DNA from: Catajapyx aquilonaris
Taxonomy: Eukaryota
Assembly (NCBI GenBank): GCA_000934665.2
Contig: JYFJ02009209.1
Coordinates: forward strand, 62,001 to 126,000
Direction: 5' to 3'
Length of the DNA stretch: 64,000 bases
How positions within the stretch are numbered: the stretch's first letter is position 1; every line of letters begins with the position of its first letter. Positions 1-13,985 of the stretch are shown here, piece after piece. The translations under genes were made by a program, and so were the position numbers. The notes beneath the pieces are model-generated. The model searched no databases, was not told where the DNA came from, and was given only the letters and a program-made list of their open reading frames with translations.

Positions 1-1850
1 TTTAACTTCGGCGGTGTTGTCCACGTCTACATAGAAATCACTGGTTGCCTTATTCATACCTGTACCACAACTTAATGTGGACATAGCATTGTTGAACATG
101 CTCCTTATTTTAGAAGCGTTTGTCCTGATGCAAACAGCCAAACGGCAATCACAACTGGGAATGAACAGATCTCTAAAAGTCTCCCTGAATTCCTTGCTCA
201 TGGAGCAATAGAGGATGAAGTTGATGGCGCAGTTAATCAGGATGATCAGCTGCAGCAGCCTCTCCATGGACTGGTAGCAGTCGTCCCAGAAGAAGTCCAG
301 CATCCCAACCAGGAGAGCTAGTATCCCCTGGGGAAACTCGGAGGCCAAGAAGCAGAAGAGGACAGCCAGCAACATCCTGGTGGTACGATCCATGTTTCTC
401 TGCACCGTTTCTCCTCCTCCAGAGTTTCCCTGCTGTGAGGGCCTGCTCTTGTCTACAGAGCAGCTCCGATTGTTCATCAGATACTTCCTGACCTTCCCAG
501 CCTGGACCAAAGCCCAGACTAGCCTCAGACTCAGGATGGTCAAAGCCACGCAAGGAATCAGCTTGATGAACACTCCGAGTATCCAGAAGTCGAACTTGAA
601 CAGAGAAGTGTACTGAAGGGTGTCCGGATCGACGCCGTTTGAGTTGCGGAATATGTTGTAGCTGATGGCCACAGGGCCTTCGACCACCATTGGCATTACG
701 CTGTACAGCATGTACTCTGGTATGAACAGGATTGGGACGCTCACATAAGCGCTGACCGTTGCCCATCTGGCCCTCTTCTTTCCACACCATTCTTTCGCAC
801 GATGAGGCCAGCAGACCACAAGATAACGCCATACAGCCAAAGTCACCGTTAACCATATCGATACGGCATGAAACACCTGCAAATAATAATTAACAAAAAT
901 TAACTGAACATGCATCCAACAAGGTTGTTGCACTTTGCATGCACGTATAGTAATGGCTTGGGAATCCCACTAGTCCAGTTTGCTCGCGTGAGCAATTCAC
1001 TTTTTTTTTTACAAAACGTCCGGGGGGGAAAAAAAAATCCCTCAGGACCAGTTGAATATGCATATATATAGGGATGCTTCTGGGAAATCCTTGCAACAAT
1101 TAAGGGCAAGTCTAAAATTACCCATTTACGTAAACTGTCAGGTAAAAAGATTGTTATTTATTACCCTGTGCTATGCACTTTCCCTATAATGGCCTTGTGT
1201 ACAGCCCCAGCAGGAACTGGAATAAATGCTCATTATTTCACTAATGGTCTCCACACGCTTCCTGACAAAATTATGACTCTTGAAAAAAATAATTGCAAAA
1301 ATAATTCCTGATAAAATTATACGATAAAAATTTATTCCTGATAAAATTATGATAAAGACGATTCCTGCTGACAATTGAATTATTCCTGATAAAATTGTGA
1401 CTAAATTAATGCTTGTGTACTTTCTGGCCTACTCGATGATGATAATAATCCTTTTACCTTGTAGAATATCTGATGAAAGAGCCTGTAGGAAGTCCATGAG
1501 TAACTGTAGAGAGGTCCCCACTCCGGATTCCCTTTGAGGTTGGCTTCAGCTATCAGAATATTCCATATAGAATTGGGCATGTAGTCCAACATGAGAAGCA
1601 TGTCAGCCACTGCCAATCCGGTCAGGAGGATGTTGGTAGGGGACACCATGTGCTTCTGGTTCAGCACCACCATGTTGAGCACACTGGCCAGAGATCCAAC
1701 AGCACATACCGCCAGAGAGATGTACGGATGTATCACGTTGTATTCGTTCATCGACTGTCTGAAGTCTCTGGTGCAGTAACCCACCTCAACTGCTTCGCTT
1801 CCTGCATCAAAGTCATACTCGTAATCCTCTTCACTATAATTGCCTGACAT
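1..1850 (-). CDS. Rhodopsin-like neuropeptide GPCR, myosuppressin receptor/DMSR (Srw)-like, copy 1; 3' end runs off the window
   Basis: Exon 1 is 1850-1458 (MSGNYSEEDY...PTNILLTGLAVADMLLML...HQIFYK), followed by a GT-AG intron 1457-877. Exon 2 (876-1) is open to the edge: VFHAVSIWLTVTLAVWRY...IKLIPC...MDRTTRMLLAVLFCFLASEFPQGIL...INCAINFILYCSMSKEFRETF. WRY, DRTTRML, EFPQG and NFILYC are typical of this family. Confidence 0.9.
1258..1400. repeat. Degenerate tandem repeat (ATTCCTGATAAAATTAT-like unit) in the GPCR1 intron
   Basis: Five to six imperfect copies of ttcctga(t/c)aaaatt(a/g)t between about 1260 and 1398. Confidence 0.7.
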
Positions 1851-2108
1851 TTTTGCACTGGACACTACTGAGGAGTATGTTCGACTTATATGATAGTCGC
1901 TGCACAATTGAGAGTATGTAGCAGTGGAAGTACCGCAAACTGTTGATGTGAATACGTCAGGTGTACGTCATCCAATAAAAACTGTGGTGGGCTGAACTTG
2001 CTTGGCAGGATTGGCAAGAAAGTGTGCGTGATGTGCATGAAAATATGCGGAATGGTTTTCCCCCCCAACAATACCTGCACGCAAAAAAAAAACCAAAGGA
2101 TTGAACAT

Positions 2109-4606
2109 TCATTTATTGCAAACTATTCTGTTGCCCTTTTCGTCCAATCCGTACATTTTGGCCGTCTGTTCTCGCAGCTTGAACTTTTGAACTTTTCCAG
2201 ATGCAGTCATCGGATATTGCTCGGTGAACTCGACGTAACGAGGTATCTTGTAATGTGCAATCTTCTCTTTGCAAAAAGCTCGTATCTCGTCTCCAGTCAT
2301 TTTCTCACCGCTTCTTAAACGAATCCAGGCGCACACTTCTTCTCCCATACGATAGTCCGGGACTCCAATCACCTTTATTTAAAAATAACAATTAAAAAAA
2401 TTAGCATCCGGATAATTACAGCAAGTACTCACGTGTGCTTCCAATACTTTGGGATGCGTGTGCAGAAATTCCTCTACTTCTCTCGGATACACGTTCTCTC
2501 CTCCTCTGATGACCATGTCCTTTTTGCGACCCACGACCTGACCGTATCCGTTCCCGTCCATCACAAACAGATCACTGAAATGTCACAATAATTATTCACA
2601 CAAACTTTTTCCTGTCACAATTACCCTGTCCGAAGCCATCTATCGTCGCCCATAGTCTCAGCTGTCCTTTGTGGATCTCCCCAATAACCCAGCATGTTCA
2701 GGTAACCTCTGACCCATAGCTCTCCAGTGACTCCAATAGGTACAACCTTCCCGTCGTCGTCGACCACTTTTGCCTGAAAAACTGTAGTGTTAATGAACTT
2801 TTTTCAAGTAAGAGCTCTTCCACTATATACCTCGACGTGCTCCATAATGTATCCAACAGATTCGGCCATCTTTTCATCTGTGTCTGTTGCCAAGCTGGCG
2901 TAACTCACTGGACTTGTCTCGGTCATTCCAAAGGCAGACTGATGGAATGACATGAGATCAAACTTGGATAATATATTCTGCCATTAGTTTCTCACCGTAA
3001 TAGCTTTCGGCTTAAACTTTTTCTTCATGTCTCTCATTAGTTCAACGGGACATACAGAGGCGCCAACCAGGAGATGCTTCACACACGACAGATCGTACTT
3101 CTGGATGTCTGGTCTACTCAGGAGATCCACGTACATTGTGGGTACAGCCAGTACCACACTGCATCTAAAGTGTGAATAAAACAACGAAGAATAAATAGGT
3201 GCATTTTATACACAAATAAATCATAACTAACTTGTGATCTTGTATGACTTGTAAGGCCAAGTCAGGCTGGAATGTGGGTGAGGGAATGACGTTTGTGTGT
3301 CCCCGCTGCATTCCTCCAAGCAACAATGCGACGTTGGCAGCAGCGTGGAAAAGTGGTGCACACAACAATGCCTTATGCTGCGTGGGGGTAAAAAAATATT
3401 GAGTAAAATTGACCTCCCCCATTATGATGTCATACTAACATAGCCCTCCATGTTCATCCTCCTTGATAAGCAGATGACATTGTTGACCAAGTTGTGGTGA
3501 GACAATGTGGCTCCTTTTGGGCTGCCAGTAGTTCCCTTTCGAATTGACATATATAATTATTGGTTTAAAAAATTAGAGAGTGTAGACATCGTACTTACCG
3601 ATGTGTACTGGATGTTGGCTGGTTCGTCGCATTGAATCAGTCTCTGAATGTCTTTCACTCTGCTGATGGCCTCGCTGCTTACAGACAATGCCACATCCTG
3701 GAATCGTATGGCTCCCCTGCAACAATGAAGATTTCATGTCAAGTTCATGAGCCAATTGGGAATGCACACAAATTATTCTAATGGTCATTGACTGATTAAT
3801 TATTCAAATAATAAGGCTGACTGAACTGCAATTGCTCGTCAGTCACAACAATGAGTCTCTCCAGAGTCGGGACCTGGTCGCTTCCCATTCCTTTCTCGAT
3901 CCCAGGGGCCGCTTGAAGGGTCAGCTTGTAGTAATCCTGGGTCTTGAACTTGTGGTCGCAAACCACTGCTTTAACGCCAGCAGTGTTCAGGCAGTACCTG
4001 AACTCGGCCGCTTGATACGCAGGGTTTATTGGGACCTGCCCCACCAAAAAATACCTCAGTATAAGTTTGACAGTCTCATTGTTGGGTGTGTCAACCTGAC
4101 CAGTATGAGTCCTGCTCTGGCTGCTGCGAAGTATGTTATGCACCACTGGTACGTGTTGGGTCCCCAGACAACAATGCGGTCGCCTCTCTTCAGCCCCAGC
4201 TCCATTAGTCCTGCTGCCAGTTTGTCGGCCTGGCAACAATCAAAAAATGGTCACCTTTTTGAAACACTTTCACAATAATGCGTTGCACTCACCTCTTCCC
4301 TGATCTGCTGGAATGTCAGCCTCTTATCCCCTGGAACATCAACAATGCAGTCCACATCCGGATACTTCTCCGCGGTCAAGTCCAGCAGTTGACCTACAGT
4401 CATGTTGACCAGCGGGTGTTGGCCAGGATTGTGGACGTAGCTCATGCCATCATTATGGCCCACACTTGAACTCAATCTAAGTAAACACAATTATACACTG
4501 TCCTATAAATCCACAATCAAAATAACTACCTTCTCGGCAGTGGTCCGGTTCTCCACGAATTTCGTAAAAAATTCACCAAAATCTTTCTCGCAGACAGCGA
4601 AATCAT
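2109..4606 (-). CDS. ACSF2: ACSF2-like medium-chain acyl-CoA ligase, copy a, with predicted mitochondrial leader
   Basis: Multi-exon gene. N-terminus [30 protein letters not shown] is Arg/Ser-rich with no acidic residues. AMP-binding motifs: [73 protein letters not shown]. Confidence 0.9.
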
Positions 4607-5174
4607 GTCTGCGACTCTTGTGCATCTGATGATGATATCTGCAGCAACCTCGATATCCTCTTGGCTCTTATCCTGTTTGGACTTTGGCAACCACACAATT
4701 CAAGGGTAGCTTGTCTGCTTAAGCTCAGTTTACATTCCTCTTTTTGTCTTCCTTGATCCTTACATATATATATTATGCCTCGCTATCCAAGGTTAACATG
4801 AATATGACTCAATATTTGGTAACTTTTGGAAGAATTAATTCAGCTGGAATCCGGTTAAACATTTTCCTTTTTATCCGAGGTTTTACCGCCATTACTGATA
4901 GCAAGAGTCAAAAATTGATATGGTACTAGACATAACTGATAATGACTTATTTTAATGGGCTGTCTTTGTGGGTAGAATGACGCATAACGCAATAGTGTGT
5001 GACGACTCGTGACTAAGGAAAAAAAAAAGTTTGACGAATAAATAACTGCCGAGAAGTAATTAACCTGTGAGTGTTTATTTATGCATTTATCGTTTTCCCC
5101 ACACCATACGTATATTATTACATGACACAAAATTGCTTATGCGTCCTGCGCATATATATGCATTTATTTCCTTA

Positions 5175-7543
5175 TTAGCTTATTCGTATAATTATTTTCC
5201 CATTTTCGTCCAATCCGTACATTTTGGCCGTCTGTTCTCGCAGCTTGAACTTTTGAACTTTTCCAGATGCAGTCATCGGATATTGCTCGGTGAACTCGAC
5301 GTAACGAGGTATCTTGTAATGTGCGATCTTCTCTTTGCAAAAGGCTCGTATCTCGTCTCCAGTCATTTTCTCTCCGCTTCTTAAACGAATCCAGGCGCAC
5401 ACTTCTTCTCCCATACGATAGTCCGGGACTCCAATCACCTTTATTTAAAAATACCGTAACAATTAAAAAAATTAGCATCCGGATAATTACAGGCAGGTAC
5501 TCACGTGTGCTTCCAACACTTTGGGATGCGTGTGCAGAAATTCCTCTACTTCTCTCGGGTACACGTTCTCTCCCCCTCTGATGACCATGTCCTTCTTGCG
5601 ACCCACGACCTGACCGTATCCGTTCCCGTCCATCACAAACAGGTCACTAAAATGTCACAATAATGATTGGCATAAACTTTTTCGGTTGAACATTTGTCAC
5701 AATTACCCTGTCCGAAGCCATCTATCGTCAGCTGTGCTTTCAGGATCTCCCCAATAGCCCAGCATGTTCAGGTAACCTCTGACCCATAGCTCACCAGTGA
5801 CCCCGATAGGTACAACTCTCCCATCATCGTCGACCACTTTTGTCTGGAAAAGCCATTAAAGTCGTCTATTAGAGACAGGAATCGTGCAAGTAAGAGGGCC
5901 TTCCACTATATACCTCAACGTGCTCCATAATGTATCCAACAGATTCGGCCATCTTTTCATCTGTGTCTGTTGCCAAGCTGGCGTAACTCACTGGACTTGT
6001 CTCGGTCATTCCAAAGGCAGACTGATGGAATAATTATTGACATGAGCTACAATAACAACTTAATTGTCTCACACTCTTACCGTAATAGTTTTCGGCTTAA
6101 AGGTTTTCTTCATGCCTCTCATAAGTTCAATAGGACAAGCAGAGGCCCCCACAAAGAGGTGCTTCACATATGACATATCGTACTTGTTGATGTCTGATCT
6201 GCTCAGGAGATCCACAAACATTGTGGGTACAGCCATTACCACACTGCATCTACAGAGTGTGACAAACATCATGATAAACAACTTATTGGTGCACATTCCA
6301 AAGAGACACTAACTTGTGATCTTGCATGGCTTGTAAGGCCAAGTCCGGCTGGAATGTGGGTGAGGGAATGACGGTTGTGTGTCCCCGATACAATCCTCCA
6401 AGCAACACAATCCCGTTGCCACCAACGTGGAAAAGAGGTGTACACAACAATGCCTTATGCTGCGGAAAAATATTGGCACGAACAATTACTAATAATTACC
6501 ATAAATGAAAATATTATGCACTTACGTAACCCTCCATGTTCATCCTCCTTGATAAGCAGATGACATTGTTGATCAAATTGTGGTGAGACAATGTGGCTCC
6601 TTTTGGGCTGCCAGTAGTTCCCTTTCGAATTGACATAATTATTGTTTTAGAAAATTAGAGAGTATAGACACCGTACTTACCGATGTGTACTGGATGTTGG
6701 CTGGTTCGTCGCATTGAATCAGTCTCTGCATGTCTTTCACTCTGCCGATGGCCTCGCTGCTTACAGACAATGCCACATCCTGGAATCGTATGGCTCCCCT
6801 GCAACAATGAAGATTTCATGTCAAGTTCATGAGCCAATTGGGAATGCACACAAATTATTCTAATGGTCATTGACTGATTAATTATTCAAATAATAAGGCT
6901 GACTGAACTGCAATTGCTCGTCAGTCACAACAATGAGTCTCTCCAGAGTCGGGACCTGGTCGCTCCTCATTCCTTTGTCGATCCCAGGGGCCGCTTGAAG
7001 GGTCAGCTTGTAGTAATCCTGGGTCTTGAACTTGTGGTCGCAAACCACTGCTTTAACACCAGCAGTGTTCAGGCAGTACCTGAACTCGCCCGCTTGATAC
7101 GCAGGGTTTATTGGGACCTGTCAAAAAAAAAATACCTCAGTATAAGTATGACAGTCTCATTGTTGGGTCGTGTGTCAACCTGACCAGTATGAGTCCTGCT
7201 CTGGCTGCTGCGAAGTATGTTATGCACCACTGGTACGTGTTGGGTCCCCAGACAACAATGCGGTCGCCTCTCTTCAGCCCCAGGTCCATTAGTCCCGCTG
7301 CCAGTTTGTCGGCCTGGCAACAATCAAAAATGAGCAGCACCTTTTTGAAACACTTTCACAATAATGCGTTGCACTCACCTCTTCCCTGATCTGCTGGAAT
7401 GTCAGCCTCTTATCTCCAGGAACATCAACAATGCAGTCCACATCCGGATACTTCTCCGCAGTCAAGTCCAGCAGTTGACCTACAGTCATGTTGACCAGCG
7501 GGTGTTGGCCAGGATTGTGGACGTAGCTCCTCATTCTCAGCAT
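5175..7543 (-). CDS. ACSF2: ACSF2-like acyl-CoA ligase, copy b, leaderless (starts [12 protein letters not shown])
   Basis: Same exon structure and catalytic motifs as copy a. The ancestral ATG (7711) now opens a 10-codon ORF ending in TGA at 7681-7679. An in-frame TGA at 7567-7565 precedes ATG 7543. Confidence 0.8.
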
Positions 7544-8422
7544 AATTATGGTCCACACTTGCACTCAACCTATACAGAGTAATGCATTAAAATAATTTCA
7601 CTTGTCCTAAATCCACACCCAGAAGAAGTGTACCTTCCTGCTCCGGTTCTCCACGACGAATATCTCAGAGAATTCACCTCAACCTTTGTGCGCAGCAGGC
7701 TGCGAAATCATGCAGCTGCAACTCTTATGCAAATATGTTGCAATCTGAATCCGTGCATGTTTTCCATCATCTGCTTCCTTATCCTGTCGTTCCTGTAATA
7801 TGGAGGTGTGACAAGCATATATTAAATTGAAACTTTTTTATGGTCCTATATAGCTCAGTTTCAATATGCTTTTTTATTTCTCCAAGGTTAACATGTATGT
7901 AAATTATATTAGCTAATTTAAAAAAAAAAAAACTTTGAGTAAGTTCAGCTCGTTACTGAAGTTATCCAGAGCTTCGACAAGGTGCGATGAATGATCAACT
8001 CTTGAAACCATTGAGCTGCTCCTCGTATACTCATTACAATGCTACATGTTTCCTCCTAAATAACTCGTAATGACTTATTTGGGCTGATGTCTCTGTGGAC
8101 AAAATGAATGTGGGTTCAATAGTGTGTGACGACTCGTGCCGAAGGGAGTTGAATGAGAAGAAAACTCTTGAAGTAAATAAAAAGGCAGATGAGCAGTAGT
8201 AAATTGGCATGCTGAGAGTGTTTATTCACACACTTCTTATTCTCCTGGTATGCGCATGTCACAAAACAGGTATTGCTCGTTTTCCTCATGCGCAATATTG
8301 CAGAGTTTATTGTCCAGACTATGCGCAAAGACAAATACGCAGAACTGGCACATACTTCGGTGTGTAAAACACGTGTGTGAGAACACATTAATCTAATTTT
8401 TGCTGTACATTAATCAGTAGAG

Positions 8423-9856
8423 TTATTCCGTACTATTGGGATGGTATTTGACACTGTTGCTTTGAACTATTATCTCAACAGGTTGCTCAGCATCATGGTC
8501 CATTTCCGCTGCATCCCCCTCATCTGAATTCCTGTCCACTTTATCTTGGTTCGGACTTACTACATCGCTAGGTGCGATTGTCTCGGACATCTCGAGTGCG
8601 CTGGCTTGCGTGGTGTTGCTTGCAATATTCTCCGCATCGCTGTCGGTGTCTTGCCCCCTGCACGCTCTGGGAATGAACATCTGCCTGAAAGTGCGTCGGA
8701 ATTCCCTGCTTATGGAGCAGTACAGGATGAAGTTGATGGCGCAGTTTATCAGAATAAGAAGCTCCAGTAGTCTTTCCATGAATTTGTAGCAGTCATCTGA
8801 GAAGTAGGGCAACGTGCCGACCAAAAGGGCTAGTATACCCTGCGGAAATTCAGTGATCAGAAAGCAGAAAAGGACAGCCAGAAGCATCCAAGTTGTGCGA
8901 TCCATGTTGCGCTCCACTTTGTCGTCAACCTTTGGTTGTACACGCCCTTTGACAACCATCGAGCAGCCTCTGTTACTCATGATGTACTGTCGCAATTTTT
9001 TAGCTCTCCACAGAGCAAACACCAGCCGCAGACTCAAAATTGTTAGCAGAGCGCAAGGGATCAGCTTGATAACAACGCCAAAGATCCAAAAATTTGCATT
9101 GTAAAGACTGGTGTACTGTGCGGACTCCGGGTCCACAGCCAGTGAACTAGGAAACACATCGTAGGTTAGAGTCACATTGTTGTCAATCACTAAGTAACTG
9201 ATTTTGTACATCATGTACTCCGGCACGAATAATATCGGAACAGTCACGTATGCGGCAACCACTGCCCATCTAGCGCTCCGTTTGTTGCACCAGTCTCTGG
9301 CTCTCTGGGGCCAGCAGACCACCACATAGCGCCAGACAGCCATAGTCACCGTTAGCCATATTGACACTGCATGGAGCACCTGGAAAAAAATTTATCGGCA
9401 TCATCGTTTACGGCGTTTATTCCCAAAACTTTATAACGTGTATAAAGCCATGTCCTTCATAATTACGCATACCTTGTAAAAAGTCTGATGGAATAGCCGG
9501 TAGCATGTCCACGAGTAATTATACAACGGCCCAAGCTGATGATTTAGATGGTCTTGTATAATTAGCACATGCCATATGGAGTAAGGTATGTAATCAAGCA
9601 TAACGCACAAGTCCGCCATGGCCAGTCCTACAAGGATGGTGTTGGTGGACGACACCATGTTTTTCTGGCTCAGCACCGCAATGTTCAGCACGCTCAACAC
9701 TGATCCGACGGAACACACCACTAGAGACAGGTACGGATGGATGCTGTTGTATAGGCCCATAGACGCACGGAAGTCAATGCTGCAGTGGTCCACATGCTCA
9801 CTTATGATCTGATCACTCGGGTCGTAGTTGTAGTCATCACTGTAGTAGTCCTCCAT
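8423..9856 (-). CDS. Myosuppressin receptor/DMSR-like GPCR, copy 2
   Basis: Exon 1 is 9856-9473, intron 9472-9380 sits at the same FYK|V position as in copy 1, and exon 2 is 9379-8423. Contains WRY, MDRTTWMLLAVL, TEFPQG and INFILYCS, with an acidic C-tail. Confidence 0.92.
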
Positions 9857-10565
9857 TGTTCAACAGTTCCGTAGCTACTGTCCTGCTAAAAAAAGTCACA
9901 TGTTCATTCGATCATCCAGCCTCAAAGGTACAAGAAATTGACAAGAGTCGCTCAGGCATGTCGTTTTTCCTTATACGTCAGCAGCTTGTGACGATGTACG
10001 ACCTGCTGCACCCCAAGTGTGCTTTGAATGAACGCAGAAGGTGTAGAAGCACGAGTGTAATTTAATTATTTGCATAACTGGTTTTGCTGTATGTGGTGCA
10101 GGAAAGTTCTGAAGGGCAAGCTAAGAAGGCGCTATAAAAAAAAATTAACCTTGAAGCTTCCCCATCATTAAATATCATTGTTCATGAAAGAAATCCCATA
10201 AATTACTTCATTACTCATAAATGGTTCTTAACGAGACGTAACTCATTAGTAAGTCATTACATTGTATTTACACAAGACCAAGCTGTGTCCAGCGCATTAG
10301 ATAATGATTTATCTCACACGATTAAAACCAACTTTATCGCAAAAAATTATCAACGTAAACCATGTATTGGTGTAGGTCAGATTATTTTTTAAATCACATG
10401 AAAATATTACGTAATTGAATGATCCGATCTAATCTTTAGATTTAAATGCCAAGGCTGCTTCACCTTTTCACCTCTCAAGTTCATCACATTTTAGTGTACG
10501 ACGTCCTTTAACGTACTTAGAACTCACAATCGATCCAGCTTGGCCAGACGGAGAGGGAAAGAAAA

Positions 10566-11943
10566 ATGGACAATCTGAGCTTAGTTTTGCATGCTAAACA
10601 AGACATTCGTTTGGAAAACAGAAGCATCCCGGAGCCAAAAGATGACGGTAAATGTGTTTTTGGTTTAACAGTCATTCGGGTTTGCTATGAAAAAAATCTG
10701 ACGTTAGCACGATCAGGAATTCTAATAACTGTTGCACCTTTCTTTCCGATAATAATGGCAGAGGTGTTGATCCGCATCAATTCGGTTGGCATATGCGGAT
10801 CGGATGTACACGTATGGCAGCATGGTGCGATTGGTCCTTTCGTGCTGAAGGATCCGATGGTTTTGGGCCATGAGGCCAGCGGGACTGTGGCCAAGTGCGG
10901 CAAGCGTGTCCGCCATCTGAAGCCTGGTGACCGAGTGGCGATAGAGCCAGCCGTGCCGTGTCGGTACTGCCATTTCTGCAAGGAAGGTAGATACAACTTA
11001 TGCCCAGAAGTGATTGGATGTGCAGCCCCGCCACATCACGGGAACCTCTGCCATTACTACGCCCATGCCGCTGATTTTTGCCACAAGTACGTTCAATATA
11101 TGCGTACTGGCATACATTGAACCTCTGCGGTTTCAGATTACCTGACAATGTGAGTATGGAGGAAGGTGCGCTCCTGGAGCCGCTTTCCGTGGCAGTCCAT
11201 GCCTGCAGGAGAGGCCGGGTCACCGCAGGTCAACGAGTGATGATCACCGGATCAGGCGCAATAGGGCTGGTCAATTTAGTGACAGCAAAGGCATTCGGCG
11301 CCAGTCAAGTCCTGCTCACAGGTGATTCTGTAACGTAACAATTGCGCATGTAGAAATAACCGAGCTAATCCGCAGATATAAACGACAAGCGACTGGAGTT
11401 AGCCAAAAGCATGGGAGCTGATTTTGTGCTGAACACCAAGGGCAAACTTGAGGCTCATCTCGTCAAGGAGGTGGAGAACATGATGGGTGGAATGCCTGAC
11501 GTCACGCTGGAGTGCTCCGGATCAGAAGCTGCCACTCGCTTGGCTCTCTCTGTAAACTAAACGTAAAATATTAGTAGGTTCATACTGTTAAGACAATTCC
11601 TCTTTAGGGCACCAAATCAGGCGGAACGGTCGTGATGGTCGGATTGGGCGCTCCGGAAATTACACTTCCGTTGGTCATGGCCACCATACGAGAAGTGGAC
11701 ATCAGGGGAATATTCAGATACCTCAATTGGTAAGTAACTTGCGCATCTTGCATTCTGGTCTGTAACCATGTGAATTTCCGCAGCTATCCGATCGCTTTGG
11801 CAATGGTCGCTTCAGGCAAGGTGGACGTCAAGCCTTTAGTGTCCCACCGATTTCAACTTCAGGAGAGTCTGAAGGCTTACGAGATGGCCAAGCAAGGAGA
11901 AGGGATCAAGATAATGATCAAGTGTGGCGACAACGACAAGTGA
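10566..11943 (+). CDS. SORD: Sorbitol dehydrogenase-like Zn-dependent polyol dehydrogenase (6 exons)
   Basis: [22 protein letters not shown], structural Zn site [43 protein letters not shown]; stop TGA at 11941-11943. Confidence 0.9.
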
Positions 11944-12032
11944 AATGTCACTTTGAAAAGAGGCAAATGTAGGCCACAACATAGAACTTGGAATACGTTT
12001 TATTTATTTTTTAAATTTCGACTGTACAGTGT

Positions 12033-13691
<1,659 letters not shown>

Positions 13692-13985
13692 AATTGCTGC
13701 TAATTAATTAATTAGACAGAAAATCAATTGGATTTGGACCACATGGCGGCGGCCATCTTTGAATCAAATGGCCGTGACGTCATATTCACACATTCACGCG
13801 CACACTGATAAAGCGCATGCGCTGTAGCATCCACTGTGCTGTTGCAAATAATAGAACGTCTTAATTTTTAGAACCATTTGTTAGCTTTAACTGCCTGTTA
13901 ATTACTAATTAATTCCATGTTAATTACGTGGTTAATTGCCACCAATTCCCAGCTGATTGATGACGCAATTTCATCCAGTGCCAAA
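13692..13985. promoter_or_regulatory. Bidirectional promoter between RIOK2 and the F-box/LRR gene
   Basis: Head-to-head ATGs about 295 bp apart. Contains opposed YY1-type sites CATGGCGGCGGCCATCTT (13742-13759), a CRE TGACGTCA (13775-13782) and an NRF1/Ewg palindrome GCGCATGCGC (13813-13822). Confidence 0.7.

Noticed and set aside
233..856. 207-aa ORF in the track
   Set aside because: Alternative frame of GPCR1 exon 2. The real frame has no stop within the window, so it is missing from the track.
1258..1400. Spaced repeats as a CRISPR-like array
   Set aside because: Degenerate, irregular units in a eukaryotic intron, with no cas genes.
2109..7543. Luciferase-like or peroxisomal retargeting of the ACSF2 copies
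   Set aside because: The C-termini (VCNK, IRIS) are not PTS1 signals, and the motifs are ACSF2-type rather than 4CL/luciferase-type.
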